Shown one piece after another: positions 28,732-37,268 of a stretch of DNA of 61,645 nt. The DNA is from Candidatus Norongarragalinales archaeon. GTDB lineage: Archaea; Micrarchaeota; Micrarchaeia; Norongarragalinales; Norongarragalinaceae. The notes beneath the pieces were generated by a model, which worked only from the letters and a program-made list of their open reading frames with translations, was not told where the DNA came from and did not search any database. Location: positions 1 through 61,645 of the forward strand of contig JAWABJ010000003.1 in the NCBI GenBank assembly GCA_038884755.1. Direction: 5' to 3'. Position numbers and translations under genes: made by a program. Each line of letters opens with the position of its first letter. Position 1 is the first letter of the stretch.

Positions 28732-29385
28732 ATGCTTATCGCAGGGGCTGACGACACGGGCAGAGGTTGCGTTTTCGGCAGCATGTTCATATGCGCGTTC
28801 GCAATCGACGACGCGAAAGAAAACGAATTGCGCAAGATGGGCGTGAAAGACTCGAAAGTGCTTTCGCCGCAAGTCCGCGAAAAGCTTTACGCCAAATTAA
28901 TCAAAATGGGCGACTACGCGGTCGTGGAATACAGCGCGGAAAAAATAACGCTGCTCATGCGCCGCAAGGTTTCTCTCAACACGATGGAAGCGGCGATGGT
29001 TGCGGAAGCGCTGTCGCTCTTGCGAGAAAAACCCAAGCGCGTGTTCGTAGACTCGCCCGACCCCGAGCCGCGAACTTTCGAAAAGCGCATACGAAAGTTT
29101 TTCGACCACGAAACGGAAATAGTTTGCGAAAACAAGGCAGACGTAAAGTATCCAGTTGTTTCGGCAGCTTCGATTATTGGAAAGGTCTTGAGGGACAACC
29201 AAATAACGCGTTTGCATAAAGAAATAGGGGATTTCGGAAGCGGATACACGCACGACCCGCGAACCATCGCATTTTTGAAGAAAAACTTCCAACGCTTGGA
29301 AGTGCAGAAGCACCTGCGTCAAGAGTGGAGCACTATTCGCAAGAACCACGCGCCTACAGGGCAGGCTAAGCTCGGAGATTTCTAG
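28732..29385 (+). CDS. rnhB: Ribonuclease HII
   Basis: GADDTGRG, DSK, KADVKYPVVSAASI, GSGY..DP; C-terminal PIP box QAKLGDF. Confidence 0.93.
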   Translation: MLIAGADDTGRGCVFGSMFICAFAIDDAKENELRKMGVKDSKVLSPQVREKLYAKLIKMGDYAVVEYSAEKITLLMRRKVSLNTMEAAMVAEALSLLREKPKRVFVDSPDPEPRTFEKRIRKFFDHETEIVCENKADVKYPVVSAASIIGKVLRDNQITRLHKEIGDFGSGYTHDPRTIAFLKKNFQRLEVQKHLRQEWSTIRKNHAPTGQAKLGDF

Positions 29386-29498
29386 CAATTAATATACTCT
29401 TTTCGAACGGCATAAACCCCTAGAAAAGTGAAGAAAGGGTTGGCGACGCTCACCCTGGCAAAAAAAGGAAAAGAAAGAAAAAAAATAAGGGGAAAAAC

Positions 29499-30179
29499 TC
29501 AAACGAGTTTTTCCAAATCTTCTTCTTTCTTCTTCGCCACGCGCGCGACAGTATCCTTCATTCCGAGTCCAATCGCAATTGCGAGGCCCAAACCGAAGGC
29601 CAATCCCATTGCGCCCAGCAACAGCAGAAAGGCGGTGCGCAGCAAGCTCGCGTCGGCGTTAGGCAGGAACAAGGGCAAAGCGATTACTACCGCCGTATAA
29701 ACGATGAACGCTTCCACGACCCACCCCACTAGGTTGCGGAAGGGGATGGTGGAGCGTTTGACCATGTCGGTCAAGTAATCTCCGGCAAGCAACGCTATTA
29801 TTAAGATCGCAACGCCCTGCACGAACAAAGGCACGTAGCCCACGAACCAGCGCACTAGTTCGCCCAAAAACACCAAGCTGGTTATTTCAGCAGCAATGCC
29901 CAAGAACACTGCAAGAGTCAAGAGCTTGAGCACTTTGCTCAACACATCAGTGAGCGTGAAGCCCAACAGCGCGTCGTGCAATCCCCTTCTCCTGAGTTCT
30001 TTCTCCATTCCAACTTGCGCGAGAAAATGGTGCAAGAGGGAAACTAGAAACATGGCAACTATCCAACCTATTCCCAAGAACACTATGAGAACGAGCACGT
30101 CGAGCAATCCGAACAAAAAGTTCGTGAAAGCCGAACCCAAAGCGAAAATCAGCCGGGAATACAAGACATCCAAAACCAT
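29499..30179 (-). CDS. Membrane protein with conserved TM-helix repeats (CmpX/MscS TM-like)
   Basis: YVPLFVQGVAILIIA and GLAFGLGLAIAIGLGMKD. Confidence 0.65.
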   Translation of the reverse strand: MVLDVLYSRLIFALGSAFTNFLFGLLDVLVLIVFLGIGWIVAMFLVSLLHHFLAQVGMEKELRRRGLHDALLGFTLTDVLSKVLKLLTLAVFLGIAAEITSLVFLGELVRWFVGYVPLFVQGVAILIIALLAGDYLTDMVKRSTIPFRNLVGWVVEAFIVYTAVVIALPLFLPNADASLLRTAFLLLLGAMGLAFGLGLAIAIGLGMKDTVARVAKKKEEDLEKLV

Positions 30180-30383
30180 TTTTCAAATCACCCTCTGCAC
30201 TACCTACTGTTTTCTTTGCAACTCATCACGAAAACGTTATTTAAAAAGGTTGCAGAAAAAGCGGGTAAAGCGAAAGTTTATAAGCCAGGGTAAGAAGGAG
30301 TATTTATTACTATTTCTTGAAAATCCGACGCACTATAGGCGCGCAGAGGGTTTTTCGCAAGAAAAAAAAAAAGGGGATTTGCA

Positions 30384-30776
30384 ATGGTTCAGTATCACAA
30401 GCATTCGAGAACGAAATCTTCCGGAAGCGGGGGTTTGAAGAGAAAAAACAGGGACAAAACCCTGGCGAATTACGGCGGCTTTTTCGCCCGCTCGCACTTG
30501 AGCTCTTCCGACAAGGAAGAAAGGAAGGCTTTCAAGGTCATAGGCGGGGGGAGTAAAGTCGCTGCAGTCAAGCTGGCTTTCGCCAACCTCGTCGTCGAAG
30601 GAAAAACAAAGAAAGTCAGGATCAAGAACGTGCTGGAAAACCCCGCCAACCGCCACTACGCCCGCGAGAACATAATCACCAAAGGCGCGGTGGTCGAAAC
30701 TGAAGCGGGAAAGGCCAGGATAACCAGCCGCCCAGGGCAAGACGGAATCGCTAACGCGGTTTTAGTCAAGGGTTAG
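30384..30776 (+). CDS. rps8e: 30S ribosomal protein S8e
   Basis: [22 protein letters not shown]...TSRPGQDG. Confidence 0.96.
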   Translation: MVQYHKHSRTKSSGSGGLKRKNRDKTLANYGGFFARSHLSSSDKEERKAFKVIGGGSKVAAVKLAFANLVVEGKTKKVRIKNVLENPANRHYARENIITKGAVVETEAGKARITSRPGQDGIANAVLVKG

Positions 30777-30778
30777 AA

Positions 30779-30997
30779 ATGAAACTCAAGGTTTTGAAAA
30801 AAACGGCTTCAGGCAACTTGCTCCTCGCCCCGATGGAAACGGAGGAGGTCGCGAAACTGGAAAACAAGCACTTGCTGTTAGGGGGAAAGAAAACCGCGAC
30901 CGTCGTCGACGTTATCGCGGGCGTGAAAAAACCGTTCGTGTTAGCAAAGCCGTACGTCGAAATTCCGGCCGAAGTCGTTTTGGAAAGCAAAAGGTGA
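30779..30997 (+). CDS. gar1: Gar1-like H/ACA RNP protein
   Basis: VVDVIAGVKKPFV resembles the Gar1 VxDxxGPVxxPY motif; position upstream of tfb is typical. Confidence 0.65.
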   Translation: MKLKVLKKTASGNLLLAPMETEEVAKLENKHLLLGGKKTATVVDVIAGVKKPFVLAKPYVEIPAEVVLESKR

Positions 30998-31003
30998 AAC
31001 TAC

Positions 31004-31903
31004 ATGAAATGCCCTGATTGCGGAAGCAAAAAGCTCAAAGTCAATTCTGAAAGGGGAGAAACCGTTTGCATCAACTGCGGGCTCGTGATTGAAGAAAACA
31101 TGGTTCAAGAGGGGCCCGAGTGGCGCGCTTTCGACGCTGAACAACGCGCTTCGCGCGCGCGTGCAGGCGCTCCCCTGAAATACATGAACCCCAACAGGGG
31201 GTTGGTTACGGAAATAGACCAGTACAATCGTGACACGCGCGGAGGGAAAATCGCGCCAACCCAGCAAGCGCAGCTTTACAGAATGCGCAAGTGGCACAAG
31301 CGCGCTTCGATTTCCAACAGCATCGAACGCAATCTTGCGATTGCATTAACTGAACTCAACCGCGTAGCTTCGCATCTGGGATTACCGGAAATAATCCGCG
31401 AAAGCTCGGCATTGCTTTACAGGAAATGCGTTGAAAAGGGGTTGATTCGCGGAAGGCAAATCGAAAGCGTCGTCAGCGCAGTCATTTACGCGATTTGCCG
31501 CAAATACGGAATTCCCCGCACTCTCGACGAAATTTCCGCTGTAGCGGAAATCCCGAAAAAGGAAATCGGGCGCACCTACCGTCTGATTACGCAAGAGCTG
31601 AACCTGAAAATCCCGCTGACCAACCCGCAGTTCTACATAACCCGCTTCGTTACGGCGTTGAAACTCTCCGGAGCTACGCAAAAGAAGTCGCAAGAGATTC
31701 TCGAACAAGCTATGGCAAAAGGGCTAATCAGCGGACGCGGGCCCATGGGAGTAGCTGCTGCCGCAGTGTACATTGCCTCGGTCTTGACGGGCGAGCGCAG
31801 GACTCAAAAGGAAGTTGCTGACGTGGCTGGCGTAACGGAAGTTACAATCCGCAACCGCTACCGCGAACTCAAGCGTGCGTTGCAGCTGAAAGTCAGCATT
31901 TAA
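31004..31903 (+). CDS. tfb: Transcription initiation factor B
   Basis: CPDC...CINCG Zn ribbon, GPEWRAF, two cyclin repeats, GVTEVTIRNRY. Confidence 0.97.
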   Translation: MKCPDCGSKKLKVNSERGETVCINCGLVIEENMVQEGPEWRAFDAEQRASRARAGAPLKYMNPNRGLVTEIDQYNRDTRGGKIAPTQQAQLYRMRKWHKRASISNSIERNLAIALTELNRVASHLGLPEIIRESSALLYRKCVEKGLIRGRQIESVVSAVIYAICRKYGIPRTLDEISAVAEIPKKEIGRTYRLITQELNLKIPLTNPQFYITRFVTALKLSGATQKKSQEILEQAMAKGLISGRGPMGVAAAAVYIASVLTGERRTQKEVADVAGVTEVTIRNRYRELKRALQLKVSI

Positions 31904-31935
31904 ATTTTTTCTCATTCTTTTTCTTTTGATTTTTA

Positions 31936-32403
31936 ATGGAAAGGTTAATCGAAGCCATAAGCCAGGGCCGCCCTGATAAAGTAATCCACGAACTTCGGAA
32001 TAAGGAAATAAACTCAAGCAGTGGGAAATTCGATTTGAACGCAGACTGGCTGGTGGAGCGCGTTGCCCAACTGAAGGAAAGGCTTCCTGGCCCCGAACTC
32101 AGTCCGAACGACAGGCTTAGGAAAAGGGTTTTGGGTGCAGTGTTAGGCGAAGCTATGATGGAACACTTGGATATAGCCCCGAGCCAAAGGGAAATCGTAA
32201 GAAGAGTGATTGCAAAGCGGGTTGCCAAAGACGAGATTTTCGAAAGCGGAATGGCTGAAGCGACGCTGGTCAGGATTTACGAAAAATTCGACGATTTGAA
32301 AAAGCAGCTTAACGAAAAGAAAGCCGGCGGCGGGCTTGACGCCGACAGCTTCTATTCCATTTGGGACCACGTGGCCAACGGCGCGATTTACTTCACGCCA
32401 TAA
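31936..32403 (+). CDS. Hypothetical helical protein
   Basis: 155-aa ORF filling the gap between tfb and trm1; no motif recognised. Confidence 0.5.
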   Translation: MERLIEAISQGRPDKVIHELRNKEINSSSGKFDLNADWLVERVAQLKERLPGPELSPNDRLRKRVLGAVLGEAMMEHLDIAPSQREIVRRVIAKRVAKDEIFESGMAEATLVRIYEKFDDLKKQLNEKKAGGGLDADSFYSIWDHVANGAIYFTP

Positions 32404-32404
32404 A

Positions 32405-33508
32405 TCAGCGGGACAGAATTCTTTTCACCGCACTCATTCCCGCGTTGGTCTTGACTCCAGTCGGGGTAAAGTGAGTGCGTTCTGCCTTGAAGCCGGCCGC
32501 GCGCAACTCTTCCAAAATCGACTCCATTTTTTTTCTCGCTGCAAGAGCGTAGTGGTCTGCAAACGAGTGCACGTCGTAAAACCAAGGCGGAAAAGCCGGT
32601 TCTTTGGACAGCAAAAAAAGCGTTTTAGCGATACGCTTTTTTTCGGCGTAATCCCTTTTTTCATTCAACGCCGCGAGCGCGTGCAAAAACTTTTTGTCGC
32701 AATACGCGCCAAGCCACAACGGGCCGGCGTACAACAAGCGGTCGGAGCAAACGCATTTGGCCCTCTTCCCTTCAAACCTGCGCAAGCATTTGTCGCAATA
32801 CGAAATGAAACCCAAGCGCCTACCGTTCAGTTTTCTCCTTTCCACGCGCACGACGATTTTTACGTGGTGCCCTTCGTAAAAACAAAGCAAAGGTGTCACG
32901 CGCAAACGCGCTTCTCCAGCCTTGCGCGCGACGAAGCCCAGCAAAATGCGCAGCGCGTTTTCGTGCGAAAAATCGCAGTACAACGGCTTCGCATCGTAAT
33001 CACGAAGGGTAGGTGCGTTCTTTTTCACGACGTTGGCTAGGTCCGTTGAAGTGAAACTCAGCACGCCCGGCTTTTTCAACGCCAAGAGCGCGCTTTCGAC
33101 AAAAGGGGCGGGAGTGCCGAACGGGTCGATTTCAACGAAATCGAACGCGTTTTCGTTGGCAAAGCAAAAGTCGTTGAAATCCTGGCAGAAGGCCTTCGCT
33201 TTGGACGAAAGTCCGTTCAACGACAAGTTTTTCCTGATGAACGGAAAGGCGAGGGGGTTTGCGTCGACAAGCGAAAGTTTCTTCACGCAAGGGTTTTCTT
33301 TCGCATAACGCACGCCCCTCGCGCCGGTAGAACAAAGCCCGTCGAGAACGCTTTTCGGCTTCAGCACTGCAATAGCAAGCGAGCCCGCGCTGCGCGAGAA
33401 CGACATGCGTGGGTTGAAGAAAACGGTTGAACGGTGCGGGTTTTCAAAACTCAGTTTGGAAACGAACAGCCGCGCTCCACCTTCACCGACGCACACGCCC
33501 TGCTCCAT
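32405..33508 (-). CDS. trm1: tRNA (guanine-26-N2)-dimethyltransferase
   Basis: VFFNPRM, TGARGVRY, IDPFGTP, CxxC...CxC, GPLWLG, THF.P.GVKT. Confidence 0.93.
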   Translation of the reverse strand: MEQGVCVGEGGARLFVSKLSFENPHRSTVFFNPRMSFSRSAGSLAIAVLKPKSVLDGLCSTGARGVRYAKENPCVKKLSLVDANPLAFPFIRKNLSLNGLSSKAKAFCQDFNDFCFANENAFDFVEIDPFGTPAPFVESALLALKKPGVLSFTSTDLANVVKKNAPTLRDYDAKPLYCDFSHENALRILLGFVARKAGEARLRVTPLLCFYEGHHVKIVVRVERRKLNGRRLGFISYCDKCLRRFEGKRAKCVCSDRLLYAGPLWLGAYCDKKFLHALAALNEKRDYAEKKRIAKTLFLLSKEPAFPPWFYDVHSFADHYALAARKKMESILEELRAAGFKAERTHFTPTGVKTNAGMSAVKRILSR

Positions 33509-33589
33509 GCAAGGAAAACGAAGCGAGGGGTAATATAGAATTCGGAAGCCAAATACTAAAGAGAGAAAACCGGTCGAGTGGAAAAAAAA

Positions 33590-34930
33590 ATGATTGCGGG
33601 AAGGATAGTAGCAAAAAGCATGTCGAACAACCCAGACTACACGCTGTTGACGCCCTCCGGGTGGGTGCAGGTCAAGCAGGAGTCAAGCGAAAGCGACTTT
33701 GCAATTGACGAGTTGGTCGAGGCCGATTCGGAAAACGCTTCGAGCGTGCGCAAAGTCGAAAATCCCGACCTTGAAAGGAAAATCGAGTTGTTCCTCAAAG
33801 AAAACTCGAAGCCCAAACAAGCGAAGCTTCTTGTTGACGACGAGGCGATGCGCAAGTTCACGCCAATAGTTGAAAAAGCTGTCGAAAGCGTCGCGAGAAA
33901 GCTTTTGCAACTCACGCCTTCGCTTATACGCTTTAACGACGATTGCGACGGCATTTCTGCCGGCATAATCGTTAAGGACGCAATCGCGAAATTCACAGTG
34001 GAAAAAAGCGTTCCCTACCCGCCCGGGTTTTTGAAAAACAAGCAGTGCAACTCCGCGGTTTACGACGCGGTGGAAGCCTCTTTCGACGCTGAACGCATGG
34101 ATTCAAGCCAGTTCGGAGGAAAAAAACCTTTGCTTTTTTTGCTCGACTTCGGCGCAAACGAAGAGAGCGTGGACGGGCTCGAGGCCGCGAAGGAAAACTT
34201 TGACGTGTGCGTATTAGACCACCACGTTTATTCGGAAAACGCCAGGAGGCTCGCGAACGTTTTCCTCAATCCTCTCGAAACGGGAGGGACGTCTTCGCAC
34301 ACGACTGGCATGGTTGCGTTCGAGTTCGCACAAAGGCTTTCCTTTGCGGAAAAAGAATTCGCTTTTTACTCTATGGAGTCGGACAAGAGCGTGTTTTGGG
34401 ACAAGGTTGAAAGGAAGCAGGCGCTGGTCCTGGACTTCCTTGCGAACCAAGGGATTTCGCTCGACGCTTACGCGAAAGCGCTGGAAAGCGAAACGCAATT
34501 CCACTACGCCGAAGCGACCGCCCGCCTGGGAGCCTGCTTCGAAAAAGCGTTGCTCTCGGCGAAAAGCGAGGAAATCTCGGGCGCGTTGCTTGCGAGCGTC
34601 AATCTCGAGGGGGTCACGGCGAAAAACGAATTCCCGCCGAAAGGAAAAGTGTTGAACAAAATTCAGGAAAAGTTCGAAAAGCAAAACCCCCTCGCCGCAA
34701 GCGTGGGTTTCGATTCGACGACGATACAATTCCGCGTGAGCAAAGCGCTGCACGCGAAAGGATTCAAAGCCACGAGAATAATCGACCTGCTGAAAAAAGA
34801 GTTTGCGGGGATAAGCGGCGGCGGGCACGAGCAGGCTGCGGCCATGCGGTTCGAGAAAGACTATGCGAAAGCCGTTTTGGAAAAAACCCTTGAATCCTGC
34901 AGGAACGAGTTGCGGGCTATTTGCGCTTGA
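33590..34930 (+). CDS. RecJ-like DHH/DHHA1 phosphoesterase
   Basis: DDCDG, LLDFG, LDHH and GGGHEQAA. Confidence 0.8.
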   Translation: MIAGRIVAKSMSNNPDYTLLTPSGWVQVKQESSESDFAIDELVEADSENASSVRKVENPDLERKIELFLKENSKPKQAKLLVDDEAMRKFTPIVEKAVESVARKLLQLTPSLIRFNDDCDGISAGIIVKDAIAKFTVEKSVPYPPGFLKNKQCNSAVYDAVEASFDAERMDSSQFGGKKPLLFLLDFGANEESVDGLEAAKENFDVCVLDHHVYSENARRLANVFLNPLETGGTSSHTTGMVAFEFAQRLSFAEKEFAFYSMESDKSVFWDKVERKQALVLDFLANQGISLDAYAKALESETQFHYAEATARLGACFEKALLSAKSEEISGALLASVNLEGVTAKNEFPPKGKVLNKIQEKFEKQNPLAASVGFDSTTIQFRVSKALHAKGFKATRIIDLLKKEFAGISGGGHEQAAAMRFEKDYAKAVLEKTLESCRNELRAICA

Positions 34931-36152
34931 AGAAGAAGATTGAAACTGCCGCCGCAATCACGAGCACTATTATCAAGCCGAGTATTTTCAAGTCGAACCC
35001 CGAGGCGGGCGATTGGGATGGAGAAACTTGAACCACGTCCACGCCTTGCTTTGCGACCGCAACAGGGGACTTGAACTTAGTCAAAACGTCCTTCTCGTTC
35101 ACCGGCGACTCGACTTTGAGCGAAACCTGGCCGTTCTCGGTCTCAGAAGGCTCGATGCTGTCGAAGAACATCGTAACAATCACGCTCCCCGCTTCCACGT
35201 TGAAAACGTTGTTGCTCACGCCCAGCACGTCGGAAAGCCGGCCGAACGGAATTTCGTCCCTCAAGTAAAGCGAGTCTATTGATGCATCGCCGACGTTCTT
35301 GGCGAATATGGTCACAGTTGAAACGAAAACTTCTTCGCCGGTGGGCGGGACCGTGGCCTTGTGGTTGGTAATCATCCTCCAAACGACGAGCTTGCCTTGC
35401 CTGAACAAAATCTCTCCACCTGCGGGAATCTCGAAATCGTCAGGCTGTTCCCTGACTTCACTCCTTATTGCACCTTCGTTGTTTCCAGTTTCCCCGCCAG
35501 TCCCTCCGCCTCCTCTCCCGCCTCCAAACTCTCCCCCACTTCCGCCTCCGTTGCCCTTGTCAATCCGTATTTGCCAGCCGCCGCTGAAAATCGGGGGGCC
35601 TATTGGAACTATGTTCCTGAATTTCGACGATGCTGAGGAAATCGAAACCAGGGGAAGGAACAGGGACACTTCAGAAGAAGGCGTGTCGACTTCGGCTGAA
35701 GTTGAGAAGGGCGCGGCGTAAGCGGAAACTTTCAGTTTAGTGAAAGGCGCTTTGGCTGAAAAAACGCCGTTCTCATCAGTAAGCCCGGTCGCCACTACAG
35801 TATCCTCGGATTCGATTATGACTACTGCATCCTTTATCGGCGCTTTGGAAGATGTGTCAGCAACCTTGACTACTTTCACGCCAGTCGCGAGCTGCGAAGG
35901 CGCACCTGCGTAAGCAGCATCTTCTTCCGCGGGACTGAAGCTCAAGGCTGACATTACTGCAAAGGGGGTTGAAGGAAGGTTGAAAAACAGCGGACCGAAA
36001 ACCCCCGCGAGCACCAGGAAAAGCGAGAAAGCCAACGCAAACGGAAGTGCTTTACCCTTCGCACGTTTTTTGTTGAGGGAAAAAACCACGCCCATTATTC
36101 CGGCCAAAAGCAAAGCCACGAAAAAGTACTGCTCGACGGAAAAGGCGGCCAT
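34917..36152 (-). CDS. Membrane protein (2 N-terminal TMs, extracellular beta domains, Gly linker, C-terminal TM)
   Basis: Carboxypeptidase-regulatory-like TDENG domain; paralog of 36189-37235. Confidence 0.65.
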   Translation of the reverse strand: MAAFSVEQYFFVALLLAGIMGVVFSLNKKRAKGKALPFALAFSLFLVLAGVFGPLFFNLPSTPFAVMSALSFSPAEEDAAYAGAPSQLATGVKVVKVADTSSKAPIKDAVVIIESEDTVVATGLTDENGVFSAKAPFTKLKVSAYAAPFSTSAEVDTPSSEVSLFLPLVSISSASSKFRNIVPIGPPIFSGGWQIRIDKGNGGGSGGEFGGGRGGGGTGGETGNNEGAIRSEVREQPDDFEIPAGGEILFRQGKLVVWRMITNHKATVPPTGEEVFVSTVTIFAKNVGDASIDSLYLRDEIPFGRLSDVLGVSNNVFNVEAGSVIVTMFFDSIEPSETENGQVSLKVESPVNEKDVLTKFKSPVAVAKQGVDVVQVSPSQSPASGFDLKILGLIIVLVIAAAVSIFFFKRK

Positions 36153-36188
36153 GAAAAACAGAAGAAAGACGCGGTTTAAATCGTTTTG

Positions 36189-37235
36189 CTATCTGCGCTC
36201 CAAAAACGACTTCACCACTATTGCAATCACGCCCAACGCCGCAATCAGTCCGAGTAGGGACAATATCTGGTTTTGGGATGCAGGGCCTTTAGCAAGTTCC
36301 ACGTTCTTGTTGGAAGCTCCGACCACTGGTTGCTTGAACTTGCTTAAAACAAGTTCCTTGTCCAAAACCGGCGAATCCACTTTCACGGTGATGGACGCGC
36401 TTTCCTTTTCTCCAGGCGAAATGCCGTCGAAAAACAAGGAGACTATGACGCTTCCGTAGGAAACCGAGCATTGCACCGAACAACCCAAAACGTCTTCGAC
36501 GTTGAGCGCCAATTCCCGCGGGAGTTCCTGCACCCAGACCAGAGGCCCAGACGGAATGCCGCCTGCGTTTTCCGCGCGCAAGAACACTATCGCGGCGTAA
36601 CCCTTGCTCCCGTCTTTCATCGAAACTTCGACAACGCCGTAAACGTCGTAAGAATAAACGATTTTTACGGTCTCCAAGCCTTCGACCGAAACCTGCCTTT
36701 TCCCGCCTTGCACCGGCGGCTCGAGTGGAAGCGAAATCGAGTCTATGTCTCCCGGAAACTCGTTGAGCTTCAAGCTTTTCCAGTCGAACTGCGACGTCTT
36801 GCCAGGCACGAACACCAGGTAGTAATCGCGCGCGACTTTTCGGGAGACTGCATTGGAAGACTCCTTCACTTCAATCAAAACGTCTTCTTCAACCACAACG
36901 GGGCCAAGCGATGGCGTTGGAGTTCCACTCGAACCTCCACTACCACCCACTCCACCCGAGCCACCGCCCCCTCCAGAACCCCCGCCCGAACCGCCGCCAC
37001 CGCCTCCGCCATTGCCGCCTTCCCCTCCAGGAGGCGTGAAGCTAAGAGAAGAGTAGATTGCATAGGGAGTTGAAGGCAGGTCGAAAAACCAGCTTGGGCC
37101 GGCCATTCCCAGAAAAAAAAGGAAAGCGAAAAGCGCCAGGAATTTTTTTTCCCCTCGCTTGAGCGAAACGAAAAATCCCGTAGCTCCGACCAGAAAAACC
37201 AGCGCAAACAACAAATGCTCGAAGGAAAAAACCAT
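36189..37235 (-). CDS. Membrane protein paralog with poly-Gly linker
   Basis: Shares FFxLPSTPxA..LSFxP and SVIVxxFFDxIxP...KVxSPV...KFKxPV with 34917-36152. Confidence 0.65.
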   Translation of the reverse strand: MVFSFEHLLFALVFLVGATGFFVSLKRGEKKFLALFAFLFFLGMAGPSWFFDLPSTPYAIYSSLSFTPPGGEGGNGGGGGGGSGGGSGGGGGSGGVGGSGGSSGTPTPSLGPVVVEEDVLIEVKESSNAVSRKVARDYYLVFVPGKTSQFDWKSLKLNEFPGDIDSISLPLEPPVQGGKRQVSVEGLETVKIVYSYDVYGVVEVSMKDGSKGYAAIVFLRAENAGGIPSGPLVWVQELPRELALNVEDVLGCSVQCSVSYGSVIVSLFFDGISPGEKESASITVKVDSPVLDKELVLSKFKQPVVGASNKNVELAKGPASQNQILSLLGLIAALGVIAIVVKSFLERR

Positions 37236-37268
37236 GAGGATTTGATTTACTCAAGGCGGGTTTAAAAG

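Noticed and set aside
29386..29498. Possible small RNA (TATA-like box, GTGAAGA, AGGGT/ACCCT hairpin) between rnhB and the membrane protein gene
   Set aside because: No convincing D box or target; the minus-strand poly-T tracts suffice as a terminator region.
33590..34930. DHH/DHHA1 protein as the phosphodiesterase partner of the GGDEF protein
   Set aside because: It is about 10 kb away and its size and layout fit ordinary archaeal RecJ-like nucleases; nothing links them.
36930..37035. CCN-rich tracts (also 27525-27575 and 35490-35550) as a tandem repeat or CRISPR array
   Set aside because: They encode poly-Gly linkers; no repeat-spacer periodicity or cas genes were seen in the window.
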